NCBI GenBank assembly: GCA_965213675.1
Contig: OZ243916.1
Location: forward strand, 1,312,001 to 1,376,000
Length of the DNA stretch: 64,000 bases
Source of the DNA: an uncultured Candidatus Binatia bacterium
GTDB taxonomy: Bacteria; Desulfobacterota; Binatia; UBA9968; JAJDTQ01
Direction: 5' to 3'
Shown here piece after piece: positions 18,972 through 28,578 of this stretch. Positions within the stretch are counted from its first letter, which is position 1; each line of letters opens with the position of its first letter. The translations under genes and the position numbers were made by a program. The notes beneath the pieces were generated by a model. The model made no database searches. It was given only the letters and a program-made list of their open reading frames with translations, and was not told the DNA's origin.

Positions 18972-20681
18972 TTACTCCTTGAATCCGCCCGATTCCTGAT
19001 AGCGGGGGTCCGAGGCCGCGGTGATGCCGCGCCCGGCCATGCCGATGGCGTGAACCCTACCCTGGAGGCGGCCGCGCCGCACACGGTGACCCCGGCGCGC
19101 CAACAAGGCCACCGCTTCGTCGCTGATTCCGGCCTCCGCCTCAACGATGCCTTGCGCGTCCGGCGCCGCGTGAATGCGCGGCGCCGCCACCGCCTCCGCC
19201 AGAGGCATGCGGAAGTCCACCACGTTGAGGATGGTCTGGAGCACCGCCCCGGTGATCGGCGCCCCGCCCGACCCGCCGGCGATGAGCACCGGCCGGTCCT
19301 CCCGCAGCAGGACCACGGGCGTCATTCCGTTGACCGCCCGTGCCCGGGGCTTGAGCGCGTTGGGAACATCCACCGCGGGTGTACCGGAGCCGTCCGCCAG
19401 CGCGAAGTCCCGCATCCGGTTGTTGAGGATGATGCCGGCTTCGCGCACCAGCACCTTGGCGCCGAAAGGACTACCGAGGGACAGGCTCATGGAGACGGCA
19501 TTGCTCTCCCCGTCGAGCACGCCGATGTGCCTGGTGGCGGCATGCGCTTGCGACGGTGCGCCCGCCAGAGCCGCAGGCGCCGCGGACACCCGCGCGGCCC
19601 GTTCCATGGAAACCCTCCGGCGCACCGCGGAAGCGCGTTCCGCGGAGGTGAAGCGGCCCACAGGAAATTCACCGGCATCGGCATCCCCCAGAGCGCTGCG
19701 CAATTCGTCCATGCCGGCCTTGGTGGTCTCGGCGATCAGGTGCAGGTAGGCTCCCGAATTGTGCCGGAACTGGTCCGGTCCATAGCCCTCCAGGACGTTC
19801 AGCAACCCCACGAGAGCCACGCCGCCGATGCTGGGCGGCGGCGCTGTCAGCACCGTCCGGCCACGGTAGCCGCCGATGACCGGTGGACGCCAGGCGGGCC
19901 GGTAACTGTGAAGATCGTCCAGGTTCACGGCGCCGCCGTCGCGCTGGATGCGCGCGGCCACCGCCTGTGCGGCCGTTCCCCGGTAGAACGCCGCGGCCCC
20001 GTCTCGGGCGATGGCCTTCAAGGTCTCCGCCAACTCCGGCTGGCGGATCGTGGCGCCCACCTCGCGGGGAGCGCCGGACGCCTTGAGGAAGATGCGGGAG
20101 AAGTTGGGGCGTTGCCGCAACGCCGCCAGACTCGCGTCGATGGCCCTTCGTAAACGCGGCGTCACCACCACTCCCTCGACGGCATGGCGAATGGCGGGAG
20201 CCAACACCGTCTCCAGCGGCAGGCTGCCGAAGCGATTCAAGGCCGCCACCAGCCCGGCCACGGTGCCCGGCACGGCCACCGCCAACGCGCCCGTGTCCGG
20301 CGGTTCGTGCGCCGCCCCCTTGCGGTAAAGCTCCGGGCTGGCCGCAGCGGGTGAGACTTCGGTGAAGTCCAGCGCGTGCACGCGCCTCTCCCGCGCCCGG
20401 TAGAGCACCATGACCCCGCCCCCGCCCAGGGCGGACGAAGGCGGATCGAGCACGGCCAAGGCAAACGCGGTGGCGACGCCGGCGTCCACCGCGTTGCCCC
20501 CCTGCTCCAGGATGTACATGCCCGCCTTCACCGCGGCCGGATGATCCGCCACCACCACCCCGTCGAGCCGGCTCTGGGCCAGGGACGTCGACAACGCTGC
20601 CAGTAGAACAACGAGGACAATCACCAGGGGCAACCCCGCGGCAGCGCCATGGCGACGCAACGAAACGGTGCGCACGGACAC
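18972..20681 (-). CDS. Gamma-glutamyltransferase family (Ntn hydrolase), divergent, with signal peptide; start approximate
   Basis: GGNAVDAGVATAFALAV, LGGGG, VAVPGTVAG, QPELAETL, PPPSIGG, ILNNRMRDF, ASDPR. Confidence 0.88.
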   Translation of the reverse strand: MSVRTVSLRRHGAAAGLPLVIVLVVLLAALSTSLAQSRLDGVVVADHPAAVKAGMYILEQGGNAVDAGVATAFALAVLDPPSSALGGGGVMVLYRARERRVHALDFTEVSPAAASPELYRKGAAHEPPDTGALAVAVPGTVAGLVAALNRFGSLPLETVLAPAIRHAVEGVVVTPRLRRAIDASLAALRQRPNFSRIFLKASGAPREVGATIRQPELAETLKAIARDGAAAFYRGTAAQAVAARIQRDGGAVNLDDLHSYRPAWRPPVIGGYRGRTVLTAPPPSIGGVALVGLLNVLEGYGPDQFRHNSGAYLHLIAETTKAGMDELRSALGDADAGEFPVGRFTSAERASAVRRRVSMERAARVSAAPAALAGAPSQAHAATRHIGVLDGESNAVSMSLSLGSPFGAKVLVREAGIILNNRMRDFALADGSGTPAVDVPNALKPRARAVNGMTPVVLLREDRPVLIAGGSGGAPITGAVLQTILNVVDFRMPLAEAVAAPRIHAAPDAQGIVEAEAGISDEAVALLARRGHRVRRGRLQGRVHAIGMAGRGITAASDPRYQESGGFKE

Positions 20682-21073
20682 CCCACCCGCAGCGACCCCA
20701 GCGCCATGGCGACCATCTGACACGTTTGGCACGGACACGGTTGGAAAGCCGGACATCTGCGATCCCATCCACGCGAAGGCTTGTACCTGTCCAGGCGCCG
20801 GGAAGCCTGCGCCGCAAGCTCCTCGCGGTCGATTCCCGAAAAACCCGACAGACTCCCGGTTAGTCGTTCGGCCGCGGGTTTGCAAACGGGAAATCTTTGC
20901 GGGCGATCCGGGTTGTGTTACCTTGCTCCCATGGCCGCGACGCGAGTTGCCCGCACGGGTTTTCGCACCGCGCTCGGCGGATCGGCCCACGCAGCCGGCC
21001 GTTCCCCCGGATGGTCCGGGAAGACCGGCGCCGCGTCGGATGATCCACATCGGAGAAACAAACGGAGAAACAT

Positions 21074-23074
21074 TTGGCGCGCCAATACGTCCTGAAGAAC
21101 CTCGATGCGCCGGCGCGGGACACGCCGTCCGCCATCGCCTACGAGGAGGAACTCAACGAGGCGCAGTGTCAGGCGGCCATGTTCCTCGACGGACCGCTTC
21201 TGGTCATCGCCGGCGCCGGCACGGGCAAGACCCGGACCCTGGTGTACCGCGTGGCGCGTCTCATCGAGCGTGGCATCGATCCGAGTTCGATCCTGCTGCT
21301 CACCTTCACCCGGCGCGCGGCCGAAGAAATGCTGCGGCGCGCCAGCCTCCTCACCGACTCCCGCTGCGAGCGGGTCGCCGGCGGCACCTTCCATTCCTTC
21401 GGCAACATGGTGCTGCGGCAGTACGGCCAGATCCTGGGGCTGGCGCCGGGCTTCACCATCATGGACCGCGGCGACAGCGAGGACGTGCTTCAACTCCTGC
21501 GCGCCCAGATGGGCCTCGACAAGCGCGACAAGCGCTTTCCGCGCAAGCAGACCATCGGCGAGATTCACAGCCTGGCGCGCAACACCCAGGTGCCGTTGCC
21601 GGACCTGGTGCAGCGCGAGTACTCCCATCTGGCGGACTACCTGGAAGAGCTGGTCACCATCACCCAACGCTACCAGACCTACAAGCGCGAGAAGTCGCTG
21701 CTGGACTACGACGACCTGCTCACCTGCCTGAAGGATCTGCTGGACGCCGACGAGGACCTGCGCGGGCGCCTGTCCGACCGTTTCCGCTTCATCATGGTGG
21801 ACGAGTACCAGGACACCAACCGGCTTCAGTCCGACATCATCCGGCGGCTGGCGTTCACCCACGACAACGTCATGGCGGTGGGCGACGACGCACAGAGCAT
21901 CTACTCGTTCCGGGGCGCCAACTTCCGCAACATCATGGACTTCCCCAACCAGTTCCCCGGGGCCACGCTCATCCCGCTGGAGGAGAACTACCGCAGCACC
22001 CAGCCGATCCTGCACCTGACCAACGAGATCATCACGCGCGCGTCCGAACGCTACGAGAAGACGCTGTTCAGCCGCAAGAGCGAGGGCGAAGCGCCGCTCC
22101 TCGTGCAGGCGGAGAGCGAGCACACCCAGTCGCGCTTCGTATGCCAGCGCATCCTCGAACTCCGGGAAGAGGGAGTGCCCTTGTGGGACATGGCCGTGCT
22201 GTTCCGCTCGAGCTTCCACTCCTTCGATCTGGAAATCGAGCTGACGCGGCACGATATTCCCTTCGTCAAGCGCGGTGGCTTCCAGTTCATGGAGACGGCC
22301 CACATCAAGGACGTGCTGGCGCACCTGCGGGTTCTCAGCAATCCGCGCGACGCCGTATCCTGGAGCCGGGTGCTGATGTTGTTGGAGGGGGTCGGCCCGC
22401 AGATGAGCCGGAAGCTCATCGACGGCATCCTCGCGCAGGACGACCCGGGCCGGGGTCTGCGCGGCGTGGAGTCCCGCGGGCGCGCCGCCCAGGGGATCAA
22501 GACTTTGGCGCGGGTGCTCGACGAGTGCGCCGAGCGCACCCGGCCGGCGGACATGGCCCAGTACCTGATGCAGTACTATCTTCCCATCCTCAAGCGGAAG
22601 CACGCCGACGACTACCCCAAGCGGCTGCGCGACCTGGAGCATTTTCAGAGCCTCACCGAGCGCTACCAGAGCCTCGAGCGATTGTTGAGCGACATGGCGC
22701 TGGAGCCTCCGTCCGCCAGCACAGACGAGGCCCTTCCGGTGGATCCGGACGAAGGGCCGCTGGTGCTGTCCACCGTGCACTCGGCCAAAGGGCTGGAGTG
22801 GCATTCGGTGTTCATCATCTGGGCGCTGGAGGGGCGCTTCCCGTCCTACTACAACACGAACAGCGTGGAGGAGCTGGAAGAGGAGCGGCGGCTGCTGTAC
22901 GTGGCCGCCACCCGCGCCAAGGAGAACCTGTTCTTCTCCTACCCCGCGCGTGTGTACGACCGGAACCTCGGAATGGTGTTCTCGCGTCCGTCCCAGTTCA
23001 TCGAAGGCATCTCCGAGGAGTTGCTGGAGCCCATGTCGCTGGTCCATGAAGACTCGTGGTACAGCCAACTGTGA
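21074..23074 (+). CDS. UvrD/PcrA family helicase
   Basis: AGAGTGKT, VDEYQDTN, VGDDAQSIYSFRGA, ENYRST, TVHSAKGLE, EERRLLYVAATRA. Confidence 0.95.
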   Translation: MARQYVLKNLDAPARDTPSAIAYEEELNEAQCQAAMFLDGPLLVIAGAGTGKTRTLVYRVARLIERGIDPSSILLLTFTRRAAEEMLRRASLLTDSRCERVAGGTFHSFGNMVLRQYGQILGLAPGFTIMDRGDSEDVLQLLRAQMGLDKRDKRFPRKQTIGEIHSLARNTQVPLPDLVQREYSHLADYLEELVTITQRYQTYKREKSLLDYDDLLTCLKDLLDADEDLRGRLSDRFRFIMVDEYQDTNRLQSDIIRRLAFTHDNVMAVGDDAQSIYSFRGANFRNIMDFPNQFPGATLIPLEENYRSTQPILHLTNEIITRASERYEKTLFSRKSEGEAPLLVQAESEHTQSRFVCQRILELREEGVPLWDMAVLFRSSFHSFDLEIELTRHDIPFVKRGGFQFMETAHIKDVLAHLRVLSNPRDAVSWSRVLMLLEGVGPQMSRKLIDGILAQDDPGRGLRGVESRGRAAQGIKTLARVLDECAERTRPADMAQYLMQYYLPILKRKHADDYPKRLRDLEHFQSLTERYQSLERLLSDMALEPPSASTDEALPVDPDEGPLVLSTVHSAKGLEWHSVFIIWALEGRFPSYYNTNSVEELEEERRLLYVAATRAKENLFFSYPARVYDRNLGMVFSRPSQFIEGISEELLEPMSLVHEDSWYSQL

Positions 23075-23113
23075 CGCCGTGACCAGCGGCGGACGGGGGG
23101 CGGCCTGATCGCC

Positions 23114-24067
23114 ATGCAGCGCCTTCTGGCCTGGTTGGCGGCGCGCGCGAGGCCCTTGTCCACGGTGTCACCGGGAGCCCTGATGTCGGCATTGCTGGCG
23201 CCCTTGGGGCGTGGTTGGTCCACCACGCTTTACGAGAAGGACACTCGTTACCACAGCATCCGCGTGGAAGAGACCCGGGAGCGGCGCTATCTCTACTTTG
23301 ACGGGACCTTGCAAAGTTCCATGAACCGCAAGGACCCCGTCTCCCTGGAGCTGGTCTACTCGCGCTTCGCGTCGCTGGGACTCGTGCTCAGACCCGATGC
23401 CGCCAGGGCGCTGTTCATCGGGCTCGGTGGCGGCTCCATGGCCAGAACGTTCCACCACGCGTTCCCGGAGCTGGAGATCGATAGCGTCGAGATCGATCCG
23501 GAGGTGATCGAGGTGGCGCGCAAGTTCTTCGGCTTCCGCGAGGACCCGCGCCAGCGCGTCCACAACGGCGACGGACGCACGTTCCTCACGCGCGCCGCGG
23601 CGCGTTTCGACCTGATCCTGCTGGACGCCTTCTACGCGGACAACATGCCGTTCCACCTGATCACCCGCGAGTTCCTGGACACCGCCCGCGACAGGCTGAG
23701 CGCCGACGGCGTGCTGGTCATCAACCTCATCGGTGCGCTCCGGGGTTCCGAAAGCGGATTCGTCCGGGCTGCCCTCAAGACCCTGGAAGGCATTTTCCCG
23801 CAGGTCTACACGTTTCCCACCTTCGGCAACCGCGGCCACGTGTTGAGCGAGATCCAGAACGTGGTGGTGCTGGCCAGCAAGGCCGTGAAGCGCATGAGCG
23901 TGAAGGAGATGGAGCGCCGCGCCACGGAACTCGGTCTCGGGCAGCATCTTTTTCCCAAGCCCCTCAGCAAGATTCGAAGCTGCTACTTCAAGGGTCCGCT
24001 GGAGCAGGACGACGTGGAGACCCTCGCGGATGAGGATGCGCCGCTGGATAATCAGGTTCGCCTGTAG
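23114..24067 (+). CDS. Spermidine synthase-like SAM-dependent transferase
   Basis: LFIGLGGGS, VEIDPEVI, GDGRTFL, DLILLDAF, PFHLITREF. Confidence 0.8.
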   Translation: MQRLLAWLAARARPLSTVSPGALMSALLAPLGRGWSTTLYEKDTRYHSIRVEETRERRYLYFDGTLQSSMNRKDPVSLELVYSRFASLGLVLRPDAARALFIGLGGGSMARTFHHAFPELEIDSVEIDPEVIEVARKFFGFREDPRQRVHNGDGRTFLTRAAARFDLILLDAFYADNMPFHLITREFLDTARDRLSADGVLVINLIGALRGSESGFVRAALKTLEGIFPQVYTFPTFGNRGHVLSEIQNVVVLASKAVKRMSVKEMERRATELGLGQHLFPKPLSKIRSCYFKGPLEQDDVETLADEDAPLDNQVRL

Positions 24068-24692
24068 CGCGCTGCTGCTGTCCGGCTGCGCCGCCGCGCG
24101 CCCGGATGACGGAGCCGCGCCGGTGCGGGTGGTGCGGGTCAAGGTCGTGGCCGACCCGGCCCTGCGGCGGGCGGACGCGGGGTGGCGGCACAGCGCCCGG
24201 GAATTGTTGCGCGCGGCCTCCGATTTCTACGAGACACGGTTCGGCATCCGGCTCACCGTCCAGGCGGCCGAAGAATGGCGCTTGGACGGGAGCACGACGT
24301 CGTCCGTGGTGCTCATGCGGCGCCTCCAGCGCGCGTACCCCCGCGGGGGCGAAGACCTGCCCTACGACATCGTCATCGGCCTCACCCAGCAACCTCTCGA
24401 CTTCTACCGGGGCGGACGCGCCCGCGCCGACCGTTTCGGCAACTGCGGCGAGGGGTTGGGCGGCTACATCGTGAGCCACGTGAGCGAGGACTTCACATAC
24501 GATGGCGATGAACTGAACCACGACGCGGCGGCCATCATTCACGAACTGGGGCACCTGTTCGGCGCCGTGCACACCGACGATCCGGAATCGATCATGCACG
24601 CGGACTTCGAGTTGAGAAGCGGTTTCGACGCGCCCAACCGCGCCATCGTCATGGGGAACCGGCTGTGCCCGTTCGCCGGCGGCAAGCAATGA
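24030..24692 (+). CDS. Lipoprotein zinc metalloprotease (metzincin, M12/reprolysin-like)
   Basis: Lipobox LSGC; HELGHLFGAVH plus Met-turn SIM. Confidence 0.75.
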   Translation: MRMRRWIIRFACSALLLSGCAAARPDDGAAPVRVVRVKVVADPALRRADAGWRHSARELLRAASDFYETRFGIRLTVQAAEEWRLDGSTTSSVVLMRRLQRAYPRGGEDLPYDIVIGLTQQPLDFYRGGRARADRFGNCGEGLGGYIVSHVSEDFTYDGDELNHDAAAIIHELGHLFGAVHTDDPESIMHADFELRSGFDAPNRAIVMGNRLCPFAGGKQ

Positions 24693-26641
24693 CGCCTCTC
24701 TGGACACCCGCGGACGTGCGCGTTCGGGATTCCCACCTGTACCGGTTTCGCGAGCGGTTGCGGGCGTCCCACGACTTTCCCGGCGATTCCTTCGGGGCGC
24801 TGCACCGGTGGAGCGTGACGCGGCTGGAGGATTTCTGGGCGGCGGCGTGGCTGGACGCCAGCGGACAGACGCCGGCCGGGCCGGTGCTGGCGGACGACGC
24901 CATGCCTCCGGCCGGACGGCTGGAGCGCGAAGTCTGGTTTCCCGGGAACCGGTTCAACTTTGCCGCCCAGCTATTGCGCCACCGGGATGATCGCGTCGCC
25001 ATCATCGAGGACAACGAACAGGGCCGGCGCCGGGCGGTCACGTTCCGGGAACTGTCCGCCCTGACCGGCCGGTGCCAGGCAGGACTCCGGCGCGCGGGCG
25101 TGGGACCGGGCGACCGGGTGGCGGGCTACCTGCCCAACGTGCTGGAGACCGTCGTGGCCATGCTGGCCGCCACCTCCCTGGGCGCGGTGTGGACGGCCAC
25201 CTCGGCCGACTTCGGTTTCCAGGGTGCATTCGACCGCTTCAGCCAGATCCAACCCAGGGTGCTGGTGTCAGCGGATGGCTACTCCTACAACGGCAAATTC
25301 CACGACTGCGTGGAGAAGACGCAACGGCTGGCGGAGGCTCTTCCCGGCCTGGAACGGTGGGTGGTGGTGTCCCGTCATGGAGGGCGGCTGCCCGGCGGCG
25401 CCATGGCATGGGAGTCGTTTCTCGAAGCCGGTCCCGTTGAACCCACGTTCGCGGAGTTCCCCTTCGAACATCCCGCGTACATTCTCTACACGTCCGGCAC
25501 CACCGGACTGCCCAAGTGCATCGTGCACGGCGCCGGAGGCACCACGCTCAAGCACCACGTGGAGCACAGCCTCCACACGGACGTGGGCCGCGACGACACG
25601 GTCTTTTTCTTCACCACCTGCGGCTGGATGATGTGGCACTGGCTCGTGAGCGGTCTGGCCCAAGGCGCGGCGGTGGTACTGTACGACGGCAGCCCCACCT
25701 GGCCGGATCACGACAGGCTGTTCCGCCTTGCGGAAGACCACGGCATCACCGTCTTCGGCGCCAGCCCCAAGCTTCTCGCCACGCTGGAGAAGAGCGGGTT
25801 CCGCGCCGCGGGCAAGTACCGGCTCGACGGCATGCGCGCCGTCCTGTCCACCGGCGCGCCGCTGGAGGCGTCCCAATTCCACTACGTTGACGACGCCATC
25901 AAGCCGGGCGCGCAGATCTGCTCCATCTCGGGAGGCACGGACATCATCGGCTGCTTCGTTCTCGGGAACCCCATTTCGCCGGTCTATCCGGGGCAGATCC
26001 AGGGACCGGCCCTGGGCGTGGACGTGGCGGTCTTCGACGAGAACGGCCGCCCACTGACGGGCGCGCAGGGCGAACTGGTGTGCCGCAAACCGTTCCCGTC
26101 CATGCCCCTGGGCTTCTGGAACGACCCGGACGACGCCCGCTACCGCGAGACCTACTTCGACACCTACCCCGGCGTTTGGCGTCACGGGGACTACATCGAG
26201 GCCACATCCCAGCAAGGGTTCATCATCCACGGCCGCAGTGACACGACGCTCAACCCCGCGGGCATCCGGTTCGGCACCGCCGAGATCTATCGCATCGTCG
26301 AACAACTGCCTTTCGTGCGGGACAGCATTGTCGCCGGCTACAGCAGGGATGGGGAATCCCGGGTTGCGTTGTTCGTGGTGCTGGATCGGACGCTGGACCC
26401 GGCCACGGTGGACGCCATTCGCACGGCCATCCGCGCCCAGGCCACGCCGCGCCACGTCCCCGCCATCGTACGACAGATAAGCCAGGTACCCGTGACGCGC
26501 AACGGAAAGAAGGTGGAAAAGGCCGTGTCCGCCATACTCGATCATGAACCGGTGCGGAACCGGGAAGCTCTGGCGAACCCGGAGGCATTGGACGAAATCA
26601 TGTCATATTTGACGAAGTCGAGCGGACGAAGGGGCGGATGA
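24689..26641 (+). CDS. Acetoacetate--CoA ligase
   Basis: YTSGTTGLPKCIVHGAGG, FFTTCGWMMWHWL, SISGGTDI, WRHGD, GRSDTTLNPAGIRFGTAEIY; ATGA overlap. Confidence 0.93.
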   Translation: MTPLWTPADVRVRDSHLYRFRERLRASHDFPGDSFGALHRWSVTRLEDFWAAAWLDASGQTPAGPVLADDAMPPAGRLEREVWFPGNRFNFAAQLLRHRDDRVAIIEDNEQGRRRAVTFRELSALTGRCQAGLRRAGVGPGDRVAGYLPNVLETVVAMLAATSLGAVWTATSADFGFQGAFDRFSQIQPRVLVSADGYSYNGKFHDCVEKTQRLAEALPGLERWVVVSRHGGRLPGGAMAWESFLEAGPVEPTFAEFPFEHPAYILYTSGTTGLPKCIVHGAGGTTLKHHVEHSLHTDVGRDDTVFFFTTCGWMMWHWLVSGLAQGAAVVLYDGSPTWPDHDRLFRLAEDHGITVFGASPKLLATLEKSGFRAAGKYRLDGMRAVLSTGAPLEASQFHYVDDAIKPGAQICSISGGTDIIGCFVLGNPISPVYPGQIQGPALGVDVAVFDENGRPLTGAQGELVCRKPFPSMPLGFWNDPDDARYRETYFDTYPGVWRHGDYIEATSQQGFIIHGRSDTTLNPAGIRFGTAEIYRIVEQLPFVRDSIVAGYSRDGESRVALFVVLDRTLDPATVDAIRTAIRAQATPRHVPAIVRQISQVPVTRNGKKVEKAVSAILDHEPVRNREALANPEALDEIMSYLTKSSGRRGG

Positions 26642-26846
26642 GAGCGGATTTGCAGCCGTGAATTCCTACGGCGCAAGCTCCTGGGTCAAGTTCGTCGATG
26701 GCATCGATGGAAGGGAAACCCGCAGAAATGCCGCCTGATTCATCTCGACCATACACCAGACTCTACGGCAGCTCCCAATTGGCCTCGGCCTCATTGAAGC
26801 GTATAAAACTGTGTGATTGGGAATCGGAGGAACGGAGATCACGCCA

Positions 26847-27281
26847 ATGACCGAGTTTGAAGCCGCAACCCTGGCGGTTCAGCAAGCCAGCCTCGCCCTA
26901 CAGCAGGGCCAACTGTGGGCCGCCATCGCCATCCCTGTCGTTGCCGCCGTGGTTGGCCTGTTGCAGGTCGGGGTTGTTGCCTACGGTATCCGCGCCATGA
27001 TCCGCGCCAACGCGGACCGGGCCGACGCCGAAATGCGCCGGGGCGAAGTGGACGCACGTCGGGCCGACGTGGACGCACGCCGGGCCGACGTGGACGCACG
27101 CCGGGCCGACGCCGAAATGCGCCGGGCCGAGGTGGACGAGCGCCGGGCCGACGCCGAAGCCGCCCGCCACACCGAAGTCATGACGCGCCTTGACCAACAG
27201 GGCCAAGCGCTCCAAGCCTTGGTTGCGGGCCTCGAACGGCAGGGGGCTGCCCTCGAAGCGGCTTTGAACGGGCGGGCCTAG
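26847..27281 (+). CDS. Single-TM coiled-coil protein with heptad tandem repeats
   Basis: Hydrophobic segment followed by RAD(V/A)(D/E)(A/M)R repeats; GGAG RBS. Confidence 0.7.
   Translation: MTEFEAATLAVQQASLALQQGQLWAAIAIPVVAAVVGLLQVGVVAYGIRAMIRANADRADAEMRRGEVDARRADVDARRADVDARRADAEMRRAEVDERRADAEAARHTEVMTRLDQQGQALQALVAGLERQGAALEAALNGRA
27018..27158 (+). repeat. 21-bp in-frame tandem repeat, about 6.7 copies
   Basis: CGGGCCGACGTGGACGCACGC and CGGGCCGACGCCGAAATGCGC units. Confidence 0.9.
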
Positions 27282-27390
27282 TGTCATGTCGCCGAGAAAC
27301 ATATATATCGACGCCATGTGAAGCGGCCTCGGTCCTGCCGCCCCAATGGAACTCTGTTCGACTGACTGCGCCATAGCAGCGGAGGCCACG

Positions 27391-28521
27391 ATGGAACCAG
27401 GAATGCGCTCTCTCGAAGAACTGAAGCCGGAAATTCTGCGCCGCGCCGGACGCGCCAATCCCTTTGAATGGGTCAAGCCGGAGGACGCCGAAGAGGTGGT
27501 CGGGTGGCTGGAATCCACCGAGGACGACCACTGGGCCGAAGCGTGGGCACGCATGGGCGCGCGCTACGAGGCGTTGGGCGAGCAGCAGGAAAGGAACGGC
27601 GAGCCGTGCGGCGCGTCCTACTATTTCGCCTACGACTATTACCGCATCGGGCGCTATCCGGTGGCGTCGACTCCCGGCAAGCAGGCTTGCTACGAGGCGT
27701 CGCTACGAAACTTCCTGAAGGCGGCCCCGCACATGGACCCACCGCTGGAACGGGTGGAGATCCCCTTCGAAGGGAAGTCGCTCATTTGCTACCTTCAGAT
27801 TCCCCGCGGCACGGAAAGGCCGCCGGTGGTGCTCCACTGGGGCGGCGTGGACGGCTGGAAGGAGGATCGGCGTCGGCCGAGCGAGGCGTTCCACCGGCTG
27901 GGCTTGGCGACTCTGACCATCGACATGCCGGGCGTGGGCGAAAGCCCCCTGCTCGCCACGGACCTCCAGGCGGAACGCACCTTCTCCGCCGCGCTCGACT
28001 ACCTGGAAACACGCGCGGACGTGGACGGCTCGCGCCTGGGCGCCATGGGCGGGAGCTTCGGCGGCTACTGGGCGGCCAAGGTGGCGCACGTGGAAGCGGG
28101 ACGGCTCAAGGGTGTCGTGGACTGGGGCGGCGGCGTGCACCTGACGTTCCAGGAAGAGTGGCTGCGGCCAGCGCTGACGACGCGGGCCGAACAATATCTC
28201 ATGGGCCCGGCCAGCCTGCTGGACGCCCGCGGCTACATCTTCCGCACCCGCGACCTCGACGAGATCCTGCGGCGCGCGCCCACGCTTTCCCTCGTGAGCC
28301 AAGGGCTCATCGACCAGCCCTGCGCCCCGCTGCTGCTCATCAACGGCAAGCTCGACGATCAGCATCCCATTGACGACTTCTACCTCTTGTTGGAACACGG
28401 CGACCCCAAGGATGTCTTCATCTTTCCGGACGGGGGGCACATGGGCCGCGTGCCCGGCAAATCCAACGAGCCGGCGCTGAACGCGCTGGTTCAATGGATG
28501 AACCGAAAGCTCACGGGGTGA
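27391..28521 (+). CDS. Alpha/beta hydrolase, paralog of 8309-9406
   Basis: WGGVDGWKE, DMPGVGES, GGSFGGYW, NGKLDDQHP, GGHMG. Confidence 0.85.
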   Translation: MEPGMRSLEELKPEILRRAGRANPFEWVKPEDAEEVVGWLESTEDDHWAEAWARMGARYEALGEQQERNGEPCGASYYFAYDYYRIGRYPVASTPGKQACYEASLRNFLKAAPHMDPPLERVEIPFEGKSLICYLQIPRGTERPPVVLHWGGVDGWKEDRRRPSEAFHRLGLATLTIDMPGVGESPLLATDLQAERTFSAALDYLETRADVDGSRLGAMGGSFGGYWAAKVAHVEAGRLKGVVDWGGGVHLTFQEEWLRPALTTRAEQYLMGPASLLDARGYIFRTRDLDEILRRAPTLSLVSQGLIDQPCAPLLLINGKLDDQHPIDDFYLLLEHGDPKDVFIFPDGGHMGRVPGKSNEPALNALVQWMNRKLTG

Positions 28522-28578
28522 GGTCTCCGGGGTTCGCCGCGCCCGCGATGGCGGAACTCCGGCGGAAGGCGGGCGCCG

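Noticed and set aside
27018-27158. Possible CRISPR array
   Set aside because: Contiguous in-frame repeats with no spacers and no cas genes.
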